DNA from: an uncultured Clostridia bacterium
Lineage (GTDB): Bacteria > Bacillota > Clostridia > TANB77 > CAG-508
Length of the DNA stretch: 64,000 nucleotides
Direction of reading: 5' to 3'
Assembly (NCBI GenBank): GCA_944388745.1
Contig: CALXJZ010000001.1
Coordinates: forward strand, 5,976-69,975
Positions 49,036-58,780 of this stretch are shown here, piece after piece (position 1 is the stretch's first letter; each line of letters opens with the position of its first letter). The notes beneath the pieces are model-generated. The model did no database searches. It was not told the DNA's origin and saw only the letters and a list, made by a program, of their open reading frames with translations. Both the position numbers and the translations under genes were made by a program.

Positions 49036-52000
49036 TGTTTTCCTCCTTTATACATGTCTCATTGAGAAACGTCCCCATTGAGACATTTTGTGGAACATAG
49101 TTATAATTATTATCCTTATTTTGCGGATTAAAACCACAAATTGCTTTATATTCACAATACTCACAAGGAGTTTTACCCTTTTTATTATATGGTTTTATTT
49201 CTATATTTCCATTAAATATCTCTTTTGCAATCTGTTTTATAGTTATATTTATATAATCTTGTAAAACTTTAAATTCTTCTTTACTCACACCATTTGTCCA
49301 CTTTTTATTTACTGAACCTGACTGCGTAATTGCTGCTGGTACTAGCTTTGAGCTTCCAGATGATAATGTATTATCATTCATCTTTATTATTTTTACATCT
49401 GCGACTATAAGCCCTTTCATCTTAAAGTTTTTTTGTATCATATTTTCAATTTCTTCTTCAGATATCCTTTTATCAGCTTTAATCATTTGCTCTAATAATG
49501 AAAAATAAAATATTCCCGCAGGCATAATATCTTCTTCTTTGCAAATTGCATCCATATATGTCAATAGCTGAATTTGCAAACCTGCATACACTTCATTTAA
49601 ATCTATATTCTTGCTTGAAGATTTATAATCTATAATTCTTAAATATTTCCCATCTTCTTCGTCTGCTGTATCAATTCTGTCAATTTTTCCTGTAATTTCA
49701 ACTCTTTTTCCATCTTCTAACTCTAAAATTATAGGTTTATACTTTCCATTTTTGCCGAATTCAACTTCTGTTCCTTCTATACTAAAATCACTATGTATTA
49801 TTGTTTGAATTATATATTTCAAGGCTTTTGATACAATTCTTTTTAATCTTCTTACTAATACTTTATATTTTACTGTTGCTGTAAACATGTAGTTTTTAGA
49901 ATCTTCTAAGTTTTCTTCTATTATCTCTGACACTAATTCAAATATTTTATCTTCTTCTAATTCTGCTAGATTAATATTTTCTTTTCTAGTTGTCTCAAAA
50001 AATTCATCAATTGTTTCATGCATAAATGAACCTGTATCAAAGGTATGTATTTTTAGTTCTTCCTTTTCTTTTAGTTTTAAGCCATATTGCAAATAATATG
50101 AAAATGGACAACTTCTATATTTTTCTAATCTTGATACACTTGTATTTAATGTATTTCCATATAATTTTTCAATATTTTCTTTCTGAAGTTTTTCTGGTTG
50201 ATTTGTATAAAACAATGCCTGTAAGTCCTTATTTAAAACTTCCTTCCAGTTGATTTTGTGTTTATAGTATTTATATATTAAATACCATATATCTTCAATT
50301 TTTTCCTTGTTTTTTAATCTTGCAATATTTTGTAATAGCTCTTCATATGTAACTTTTGCATTTGCAATTTCATATTTTTTCTCTATTACATCACTTTCTT
50401 CTTTCAAATTTGGATATATTCTTTTTAACTTATTTATGTATGTAGAAGGTCTTAATGATTTTCCTTCTTTATCTGTTGAACAATATGATATATATATGCT
50501 ATTTTCTGCTGTTGTAAATGCTTTATATATGTTAAAGTTTTCTTCATATAGATTTTCAACAGTTCCTTTTGCAATTTCTAGCCCTTCATTTTTTAGATAT
50601 TCTCTATCTTCATCATTGAAAAAGCCTTCATCTTTGTTCACACTTGGAAATTGTCCATCATTTACACCAATTAAAAATACTGTTTTTACTCTATGACTCC
50701 TTGAACGGTCAACGTCTGCAAATGTTACTTGGTCTTGTGTTCCTGGTATTTTCCCAAGCCCACTATTTTGCATACCAACTTTTAATATTTTGCTATATTG
50801 GTCTAATGTCATTTTGTCATCTGCAAATGTTAACACAATTTCATCCATAATTTCTAGTATTAGTTTATAACTTTGGATATATTCTTCAGCTAATTCAATA
50901 AGTTCTTTTTCTTTTAACTCTTTTACCTTTTGCTCAATTTTCTCTTCAATATTTTGCTCTTGTAAAAATTCATATAAACATCTACATATATTTTGTGCTG
51001 TTTTTTCTTCGTTAATTTGTTGTTTCAATTTTATCAGTGGTTCTACTATTTGCTTTCTTAATTCCTCTAATCTTTCAATTTCTTGAACTTTATCCACATT
51101 TTGTTTATCATATGTGAATTCTTTTTTCCATTTATTTTGTTTTATTCCCCATTTGGTACAATAATTTTCTAATTTAAATATTTCGTCTTTTTCAATATCA
51201 AAAAATCCAGATTTTAAATAGAAAAATACACTTTCTGTTGTGAAATTTTTATTTAATATCTCAATAATTGATAATATGTATTGTGTAATTATATTTTGAT
51301 TTAAATCTCTTTTTTCATCAATAAATACTGGTATATTATATTTTAAAAATATACTTCTTACCAATGATGAATATTCTTCTATATTTTTGGTTATTATTGC
51401 AATATCTTTATATCTTAACCCTTCATCTCTTACTAATCTTGTGATTTGTCTTGCTACTTGCTCTATTTCACTATATGGATTTTGGGCTAAAAACATATTG
51501 ATATTTTGGTTTTCTTTTTGATATTTTTGTATTTTTATATTCCCTATATTATCACTTAAATGTTGTAATTCTTCTGTTTTAAATCTATATTGTTTTTTCA
51601 AACAGACTGGTTCTTCTAACTTAAATCCATTTTCATCTATTAAATTGATAATCTTTTTTAAAGTTTGTTTATTAGAATAAAATATATCTGTATCAGGATT
51701 TGTATTCATTTCTAAGTTATCTATACACATTGTGATGTTTACTTGTTTTGCCTGTTCAATTAATTTTTTTATAACTTCATATTCTTGTCCGAGTAAATCC
51801 TGCAAATTCATCTAAATATATTATGCTATCTTTAATAAAATTTGTTTGTTCAACATTTTGACTAAGTATTGTTAATAAATCTGTATCTTCTATGTATTTT
51901 CCTTGTATTTGCTCTTCAAATTTTTCATAGATTAATATCATATCTGATAATTTTGCTTGCAAATAATTGTCTTCTGTTTTTTCTTGTTCTTCTTTTAAAT

Positions 52001-52396
52001 TTTCAATTGTAATTCCATGTTTTTTTAATTCTTTTATTGTATTCATACTTAATTCAATATTTTCATCTGATTTTCCTAGAAATTTTAAATCTTTTTTGTA
52101 CTTATTTAATATAGAATATATAAGTATTGCTTTTCCACATTTTGAAATTTGAGTTTTATTTGCTCCACCTATCTCATTTATAACTCTATATGCTAACCTA
52201 CTTAATGTTACAACTTCTGCATTTAATACTGCGTCTCGATTTACTGCTTCCATTAGCTTCTTTTCAGCAGTAAATGAAAATTGCTCTGGTGTTATCATAT
52301 ATATTTTTTTCTCTTTATCTATTAAATTTGCTATCTCTTTAAAGCAAAACTCACTTTTTCCTGTTCCTGGTTTGCCATATATAATTCTTAAACTCA
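49019..52396 (-). CDS. addB: ATP-dependent helicase/deoxyribonuclease subunit B (AddB/RexB), interrupted by a single +1 frameshift near 51791
   Basis: N-terminal ORF (51777..52412) has P-loop IIYGKPGTGKSE. The 930-aa ORF 49019..51811 carries the C-terminal RecB-nuclease/Fe-S Cys cluster (CEYCEYKAICGF). Combined length about 1140 aa. Removing one C from actCggaca restores a single frame. Probable TTG start at about 52396 after GGAGGTG. Confidence 0.8.
49053..49087 (-). repeat. Family-B REP-like hairpin repeat (ATGTCTCA | TTGAGAAACGTCCCCAT | TGAGACAT)
   Basis: Perfect 8-bp inverted arms around a conserved GGGGACGTTTCT-containing loop. Lies in the last codons of addB and just upstream of the pgeF RBS. 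Confidence 0.8.
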
Positions 52397-52410
52397 AATT
52401 TTTCACCTCC

Positions 52411-52443
52411 ATGTCTCATTGGGGACGTTTCTAAGTGAGACAT
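52411..52443 (+). repeat. Family-B REP-like hairpin repeat (ATGTCTCA | TTGGGGACGTTTCTAAG | TGAGACAT)
   Basis: Same element in the opposite orientation, immediately 5' of the addB start. Followed by a second small hairpin TGTCCCATTTTGGACA. Confidence 0.8.
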
Positions 52444-52469
52444 TTTGTCCCATTTTGGACACATCTTCT

Positions 52470-53336
52470 CTATGCTTCTCGCCTCCAATAAAATAAATAT
52501 TGTTGTGCTAACCCTGCCAAATCACCAAATTTCTCTTGAGCTATTTTTTCAATTTGTTTTTTATTTACCTTTGTTTCATCTTCGTTATGGATATATAAAT
52601 CATTCATAACTCTTCTAACCCAAACATCAATTGGGAAAACTTCAAATCTTTTCAAATCTGAAAATAGCAAAATACAATCTGCAACCTTTGGTCCAACTCC
52701 TGATAAACTTAGTAATTGTTCTCTTACTTCCATAGTATTTGGATTGTTCTTCATTTCTTCTAAATCCACTTTTTTATCCAATATCATCTGTGTTGTTTCA
52801 TATAATCTTATATCTCTAAATCCTAGTCCTAACTCTCTATATTCTTGAACTGTAACATCTTTTAAATCTTTAGCAGTTGGAAAAGTATAATATTTTGTAT
52901 CATTCCATTCTATCTCTTTTCCATATTTTTTTGATAATCTTTCTATAATTCCTTTGATTCTTGGAATATTGTTATTTGCAGAAATTATAAAAGATATTAT
53001 TGTTTCCCATAAATCTTGATTTAATATCCTTATTCCCTGTCCATATTCTATACTTTTCTTCATATTTTCATCTATTTTTTCTAGCTTACTCTTTATTTTT
53101 TGATAATCTCTGTTTAAATCAAAATATTTTTCTACTGTTTCTTTTATATCTTCTTTACAAATCCCTTTGAAGATAACTTCATTTCCTGTTTTGGCAACGT
53201 TTAAAACATTATCTCCAAATACACCTGTATAGCTTCCATCTTGCTGTTCATTCCATCTAAAGCATTGTCCACACTCAAATATATCTTTTAATTCAAATGA
53301 ATCTATATTACTTATTTTATATTCTTGTTCTCTCAT
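52470..53336 (-). CDS. ogg: 8-oxoguanine DNA glycosylase / DNA lyase (Ogg, HhH-GPD superfamily)
   Basis: HhH-GPD motif LLSLSGVGPKVADCILLF with catalytic Lys and Asp. About 288 aa, matching the Clostridial/archaeal-type Ogg. Confidence 0.8.
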   Translation of the reverse strand: MREQEYKISNIDSFELKDIFECGQCFRWNEQQDGSYTGVFGDNVLNVAKTGNEVIFKGICKEDIKETVEKYFDLNRDYQKIKSKLEKIDENMKKSIEYGQGIRILNQDLWETIISFIISANNNIPRIKGIIERLSKKYGKEIEWNDTKYYTFPTAKDLKDVTVQEYRELGLGFRDIRLYETTQMILDKKVDLEEMKNNPNTMEVREQLLSLSGVGPKVADCILLFSDLKRFEVFPIDVWVRRVMNDLYIHNEDETKVNKKQIEKIAQEKFGDLAGLAQQYLFYWRREA

Positions 53337-53434
53337 TTTTTATTCTTCCTTTTATATTCTTTTTTCACATACATTATACAATAAATTCGCACTTTTGAAC
53401 ATAGTTTTTAACAAATCTATCTCCAAATAAAAAA

Positions 53435-53466
53435 ATGTCGCATAAGAAACGTCCCCATTGCGACAT
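53435..53466 (-). repeat. Family-B REP-like hairpin repeat (ATGTCGCA | TAAGAAACGTCCCCAT | TGCGACAT)
   Basis: Arms carry a compensatory T:A to G:C change relative to copies 49053 and 52411. Overlaps the stop codon of the YitT gene. Confidence 0.8.
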
Positions 53467-54335
53467 TACTCTTTTTTAAATCCCAATCCCACTACTTCTC
53501 TTGAATTCGTTATTATTATAAAAGATTTAGGATCTATTTTTTTTGCAATCACTTTTATTCGATTCACATCTCCTCTTGAAGCTGCACACATTAAAATTAA
53601 CTTGTCTTCATTTGTATACATCCCTTTTCCATATATTCCTGTTGCTCCTCTTTGTACCTTTTCTCCAACTTCTTCTGCTATCTCCTCGGTTTTATCCGAT
53701 ATTATTAATAATAACTTTGTAAAATTTATTCCTTCAAATAATATATCAATTATTTTTCCCATTAAATATATTGAAATCGCTGAATACAAGCCTATTTCTA
53801 TCTCTCTGAAAAATACAACATTTAATGCCACAATTATAATATCTATTATCATAATTAAATTTCCCACTTTAACATTTGGTTTATATTCTTTTACAATAAA
53901 ACTTACTATATCACTTCCACCTGTTGATGAATTTACTTTTAATATTATTGCAGTTCCTAGACCTAACAAAATTCCTCCATATATACATGCTAAAAACCTA
54001 TCATTTGTTAAAGGTTCAAATTTGTCAAAAAAGTCAATGAAATATGATAAAGCAATCGTTCCTATTAATGATTTTACAAAAAAACTTTTTCCCACCTTAA
54101 AAAATGCCATCATAAATAGCGGAACATTTATTAAAAGTATCATTGTTCCCATTGGAATTTTTAATAGATAATATGTTATTGTAGCAATACCAGCTACTCC
54201 ACCTGAAGATAATTGGTTTGGTAATAGAAATAGCGAAACTCCTAATGCCATTATTAATGCTCCTATTATTGTTAAAACTATTTCTATTATTATTTTCGGT
54301 ATATTATATTTTTCTTCTATATGCATAAAAACCAC
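53466..54335 (-). CDS. YitT-family membrane protein (DUF161/DUF2179)
   Basis: N-terminal TM region with GGxAGI..I motif (SSGGVAGIATITYYL) and a C-terminal DUF2179-like domain; 289 aa. Confidence 0.75.
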   Translation of the reverse strand: MVFMHIEEKYNIPKIIIEIVLTIIGALIMALGVSLFLLPNQLSSGGVAGIATITYYLLKIPMGTMILLINVPLFMMAFFKVGKSFFVKSLIGTIALSYFIDFFDKFEPLTNDRFLACIYGGILLGLGTAIILKVNSSTGGSDIVSFIVKEYKPNVKVGNLIMIIDIIIVALNVVFFREIEIGLYSAISIYLMGKIIDILFEGINFTKLLLIISDKTEEIAEEVGEKVQRGATGIYGKGMYTNEDKLILMCAASRGDVNRIKVIAKKIDPKSFIIITNSREVVGLGFKKE

Positions 54336-54379
54336 CTTTACCTTATTATTGGTAAATAGTGGCTTTTTTATTCACAAAG

Positions 54380-54498
54380 ATGTCGCGTTGGGGACGTTTC
54401 TCATGCGACATTCTTTTAGATTATAGCATAATACTAATTTTTAACACTCAATGTCGCATGAGAAACGTCCCCAACGCGACACGCCCCCAATGAGACAT
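54380..54498. repeat. BIME-like composite: two identical 32-nt family-B units in inverted orientation (54380-54411, 54451-54482) plus a truncated third unit (54483-54498)
   Basis: ATGTCGCGTTGGGGACGTTTCTCATGCGACAT and its exact reverse complement are separated by 39 nt. Followed by GCCCCCAATGAGACAT, which overlaps the radical-SAM gene stop. Confidence 0.8.
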
Positions 54499-55553
54499 TA
54501 TTCCTCTAAGAAATCATGATATGTCTTAGTAATTTCAATTTTTGATTTTCCTGGTTTAATGTTTTCATCTTGTTTTAATACTAAATCAACATCATATGTA
54601 TCTTTTAATTTAATAACATTTTCTTTTTTATGTCCAATTACATTATTACTATCAACTGGATTTACTGTTACTTCTACTTCTTTTACTTTTACATTTAATT
54701 TCTTTATTTTAGCAACTATTGCGTCATACCATAAACCTGATTCTACTAATTGTCTAAATGCTGGATGATATGGACCTGCAACTACCTCACTATTTTTTTC
54801 TTCTGGTGATGTTATTTCATCTGTATTTTGTAATCCAACTCTTATTACTTCAATTTTCTTTTTTACAAACATTGATACTAATTCTTTACAAGTTTCTACT
54901 GCTTGTGCTAATGGTAATGGTTGATATTCTCCGTTTTCATATTCTTTCTCTAATTTTGTATTTTTTACAACTAAAACGGGATAGATTCTTACCATTTTAG
55001 GTCTTAATTTGATTAATGCTTTTGCTGTATTAATTTCATCAATTTTTGTACTTTCAGGTAATCCTACCATCATTTGATGACCTAGCTGAAATCCATATCT
55101 TTTTATTAATTTAGATGCTTTTTTTACATCTTCAAAAGTGTGTCCCCTATTTGCTCTTTTTAATATATAGTCATTTGCTGATTGTACTCCTAATTCTATT
55201 GTTTTGACTTTGTAATTCTTTAATCTCTTTAGAGTTTCTTTATCTATACAATCAGGTCTTGTTGAAATTCTTATGCTTTCTACTTTTCCTGCTTTTATAT
55301 ACTCATATGCAACTTCTAATAATTCTTCTTGTTTTTCTTTTTCTATTGCTGTAAAACTTCCTCCAAAAAAAGCTATTTCTATTTGTACATCTTCATTTTT
55401 TATGCTTTTAAGGTAATCTTCTATTATATTTTTTGCTTCTTCTTTAGTCATATTTTTCTTTTGACCACTAATTGATTTTTGGTTACAAAATATGCAATCA
55501 TTTGGACATCCTAAATGTGGTACAAATATTGGGATAATATATAACTTTTTCAT
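54498..55553 (-). CDS. radical SAM protein, TIGR01212 (YhcC/ELP3-like) family
   Basis: CPNDCIFC (CxxxCxxC) near the N-terminus; about 350 aa. Confidence 0.75.
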   Translation of the reverse strand: MKKLYIIPIFVPHLGCPNDCIFCNQKSISGQKKNMTKEEAKNIIEDYLKSIKNEDVQIEIAFFGGSFTAIEKEKQEELLEVAYEYIKAGKVESIRISTRPDCIDKETLKRLKNYKVKTIELGVQSANDYILKRANRGHTFEDVKKASKLIKRYGFQLGHQMMVGLPESTKIDEINTAKALIKLRPKMVRIYPVLVVKNTKLEKEYENGEYQPLPLAQAVETCKELVSMFVKKKIEVIRVGLQNTDEITSPEEKNSEVVAGPYHPAFRQLVESGLWYDAIVAKIKKLNVKVKEVEVTVNPVDSNNVIGHKKENVIKLKDTYDVDLVLKQDENIKPGKSKIEITKTYHDFLEE

Positions 55554-55601
55554 GCTATTACCTCTTTTCTTACTTTTTCCTTCTAATCTTTCTACTTTTA
55601 A

Positions 55602-56276
55602 TTAATTTAAATCTTCTAAAGCCTTTTTTGCAGCTTGCATATGTGCTTCTTTTTTACTTTTCCCCTTTCCTTTTGCAAGGACTTTTCCATCTACACTTAC
55701 TTGTGCTTCAAAACTTTTGTTATGGTCTGGTCCTTCTTCTTTTGTTATTTCATATACTATTTTTACATCTCCATGTTCTTGTAGTTTTTCTTGTAATACT
55801 GTTTTATAGTCTTTGTCTCCTACATGTTTTGTTGCTAATTCTATTTCATCTTTCAAGTTGGTAATTATGAATTTTTCTGCTTGCTCTAAACCACCATCTA
55901 AGTAGATTGCTGCAATTACTGCTTCAACACTATCTGCTAATATTGCTGGTCTATTTTTTCCTCCTGTTATTTGTTCTGATTTTCCAAGATATAAGAAATC
56001 ACTAAAATTATGCTTTTTTGCAATTTTATAAAGACTCTTTTCACATACTACTGTAGCTCTAACTTTAGTCATTTCTCCTTCTTTTAGCTTAGGATAATTA
56101 TTATATAGATATTTGCTTGATATAAACTCTAAAATACTATCTCCTAAAAATTCTAGTTTTTCATTGCTTTCAACCTTTTTCTCATACGCATATGATGTAT
56201 GTGTTAATGCTTTTTTTAATAGTTCTTTTTGTTTAAAGGTATATCCTATTTCTTTTTCTATATCGTCTAACACCAT
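55602..56276 (-). CDS. rnc: ribonuclease III
   Basis: RNase III signature ERLEFLGDSILE and a C-terminal dsRBD. True start MVLDD at about 56276 after AAAGGAGGGAG; the ORF track's extension to 56300 translates the RBS. Confidence 0.85.
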   Translation of the reverse strand: MVLDDIEKEIGYTFKQKELLKKALTHTSYAYEKKVESNEKLEFLGDSILEFISSKYLYNNYPKLKEGEMTKVRATVVCEKSLYKIAKKHNFSDFLYLGKSEQITGGKNRPAILADSVEAVIAAIYLDGGLEQAEKFIITNLKDEIELATKHVGDKDYKTVLQEKLQEHGDVKIVYEITKEEGPDHNKSFEAQVSVDGKVLAKGKGKSKKEAHMQAAKKALEDLN

Positions 56277-56451
56277 AATTAATTTTCTCCCTCCTTTCAT
56301 CTATTTTTTCACACTACTATTATATACTATTTTCTAAATTTTGCAAGTAGTAAGAGTTCCAAAAATTTCTTACAAAAATATATGGACAGATGAATTTTGT
56401 TATTGTATAATAAATGTGTATTATTTTAAAAGTAGAAAGTGAGAAAATATT

Positions 56452-57819
56452 ATGGCAAAGGATAATAATTCTTTCCAAAAAGAGGAACGTAATTTAATAG
56501 ATGTTTTTAACGAATTGCAAGAACTTCAACGTAACCCAAAAGCAAGACAAGCCTATCAAAAAGAATCACGTAAATCAAAGTTTTCTTTTCACTCAAAGTC
56601 TGACCAAACTAAAACATTTCAAAAAACTTATGATTTAAAATTGTCTCATATTATTATTGGTTGTTCTGCTTTAGTTATTGGTATGGCTATTTTCTTTCCA
56701 AAAACTTCTGCTTTTACTGAAAGTTACGCAAAGGAAGAAAATATTGAAGCTGTTTCAGAATATGAGTTAAATCGTCACCGTTTAAATATGCAAACTATTA
56801 TCTCTGAAAATTCTGGGATGGATAGGGTTAAAGAACAAGTTACTGAAGAACGTGATGTTGATTTTGAAACTACATATCAAAATAACGCAACACTACCAAA
56901 AGGTGAAGAAGTTACACTTCAAGAAGGTAGTCTTGGTAAAGATAATGTAACAGTTGTTAAAACATATGAAAATGGTACTTTTGTTGAAGAAGTTATTTTA
57001 GCTAAAGAAAGATTAGTAGAACCAGTATCTAAAATAATTGATATTGGTACTTCTGAATTCTTGGCAAAACATAAAGTTCACATTGGTGATATAATGTATT
57101 TTGTAAATAAAGGTAATTTAAAAGAAGCACCTGATGATACTTCTAAAGATGTTGCTGAAGTTCAAGAAAGCTTAGATGTTAAATTATTAGAATTACCAAG
57201 TGAAGAATGGTGTAAAGTTTCTTTTGATGGTATTGAAGGATATATTAAAACTTCAAATCTAACATCTGCATCATCTACACCAAATATTGTTGAAAAGAAT
57301 CGTATTCAAAGAATTTTAATAAAAGTAAATATAAATATGGAATTAAATGAAGTAAGTGGTCTTACATTAAATGATTATAAGAAAATATTTACAAATATAC
57401 CTAATGATAAAAATAATATTTTTGAAGATAATTATACTGCTTTCTATAATGCAGAGAAAAAATATAATATTAATGGTATTTTCTTAGCATCAATGGCAAT
57501 TCATGAAAGTGCATGGGGAACTTCTCAAATAGCTCAAGATAAAAACAATTTATTTGGCTATGGTTCTTATGATGAATCTCCTTATGAGTCTTCTTATGAT
57601 TTTGATAGTTATGAAGAAGGTATTGAAACAGTTGCAAAATCTTTAGTTAAATATTATTTGAATCCATCAGGAACTAAAATTTATGATGGTGAAACTGCAG
57701 CCGCTTGGTATTATAATGGACCTACATTACAAGGGGTTAATACTAGATATGCAAGTGACAAAGATTGGTATACTAAAGTTTATAATTATATGGAAATGCT
57801 ATATAATAGACTTAAATAA
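56452..57819 (+). CDS. cell-wall hydrolase: N-terminal TM, G5 domain, SH3-like domain, C-terminal mannosyl-glycoprotein endo-beta-N-acetylglucosaminidase domain
   Basis: G5-like segment (VTEERDVDFETTYQNNATLPKGEEVTLQEGSLGKDNVTVVKTYENG). Glucosaminidase motif block (GIFLASMAIHESAWGTSQIAQDKNNLFGYG...). Confidence 0.7.
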   Translation: MAKDNNSFQKEERNLIDVFNELQELQRNPKARQAYQKESRKSKFSFHSKSDQTKTFQKTYDLKLSHIIIGCSALVIGMAIFFPKTSAFTESYAKEENIEAVSEYELNRHRLNMQTIISENSGMDRVKEQVTEERDVDFETTYQNNATLPKGEEVTLQEGSLGKDNVTVVKTYENGTFVEEVILAKERLVEPVSKIIDIGTSEFLAKHKVHIGDIMYFVNKGNLKEAPDDTSKDVAEVQESLDVKLLELPSEEWCKVSFDGIEGYIKTSNLTSASSTPNIVEKNRIQRILIKVNINMELNEVSGLTLNDYKKIFTNIPNDKNNIFEDNYTAFYNAEKKYNINGIFLASMAIHESAWGTSQIAQDKNNLFGYGSYDESPYESSYDFDSYEEGIETVAKSLVKYYLNPSGTKIYDGETAAAWYYNGPTLQGVNTRYASDKDWYTKVYNYMEMLYNRLK

Positions 57820-57857
57820 TTATTATGTACAAAATATTTGATTACTAAAAGAAAGGA

Positions 57858-58706
57858 ATGATAAAACAAATGAAAATTAAGAAGAAAATTCAAGTAAAAA
57901 ATGAAAGATTACTATTTGCTATTTTACTTATTGCTTTGTTTATCATTTTTATACTATATTATAATTTTGTATTTTCAGAAGTATTAGCAAGAAATTCTTT
58001 TGCTAATCAAATGATAGAAATTGCTAACCAAAATGAAAATCCAATCTTTACAGTTCAAAGAATTTTATTATATAGTAGTGCAAATGCAATTGATAATTCA
58101 GATGACTTATCCTTAAAAAATATGAGTATATTACAATATACTGATATTTCGATATATATTGACAATTTGGGAACAATATCTGATTTAACAGATGAAAATA
58201 CAATAAGAGAACTTTATATTGACAATATAAATATAAAAACTAATTCTGATATGGGTAATCAAGTTCTAAATTACAAAAATCCACTAAGTTTTGGAAAATA
58301 TGAAAATCTAGAAACTACTGATAGAATTGATTTCAATATTGTAAATACTAATTCAGAAAATGAAAATCATGATTATTCTACACCGACATTCTATACTGAT
58401 TGCTCTAATCCTATTTCATTAGGATATATAAATAAAGATATTTTGACTAACTATGCTGCAACTCAAGATTCTAATACTGTTTCTTTTAATGGAAAGGTTT
58501 TACAAGAAGCAAACGTTAATTTAGATAACATTGGTTATAATTTAAGTTTTAGAATTAATATTGTTAATAATTTAGGCCAAAAATTTATATATAATATGTC
58601 TTTAGATGTTGATCTAAATGATGATAACGGCGGAATTTATAACGGATATATCTATAAAGGAAAAAATGCTTCAGGAAAAGAATATCAATTTTTTAAAGAG
58701 ATGTAG
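57858..58706 (+). CDS. hypothetical N-terminally membrane-anchored Asn-rich protein
   Basis: 282-aa ORF co-oriented with and 38 nt downstream of the glucosaminidase gene. One N-terminal TM. Confidence 0.45.
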   Translation: MIKQMKIKKKIQVKNERLLFAILLIALFIIFILYYNFVFSEVLARNSFANQMIEIANQNENPIFTVQRILLYSSANAIDNSDDLSLKNMSILQYTDISIYIDNLGTISDLTDENTIRELYIDNINIKTNSDMGNQVLNYKNPLSFGKYENLETTDRIDFNIVNTNSENENHDYSTPTFYTDCSNPISLGYINKDILTNYAATQDSNTVSFNGKVLQEANVNLDNIGYNLSFRINIVNNLGQKFIYNMSLDVDLNDDNGGIYNGYIYKGKNASGKEYQFFKEM

Positions 58707-58712
58707 AACACT

Positions 58713-58760
58713 AAATCCAGAAAATATCTATTTTCTGGATTTTTCTATTTTCTGGATTTT
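58713..58760. terminator. bidirectional terminator between convergent genes
   Basis: AAATCCAGAAAATA(TCT)ATTTTCTGGATTT perfect inverted repeat with a T-tract, followed by a partial second copy TTCTATTTTCTGGATTTT. Confidence 0.65.
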
Positions 58761-58780
58761 AATTAGTCAAAAAATTATAC

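Noticed and set aside
53458-54171. 237-aa + strand ORF antisense to yitT (and 58618..58809, 62834..63292 and similar)
   Set aside because: Antisense to well-supported genes, hydrophobic and low-complexity, no RBS.
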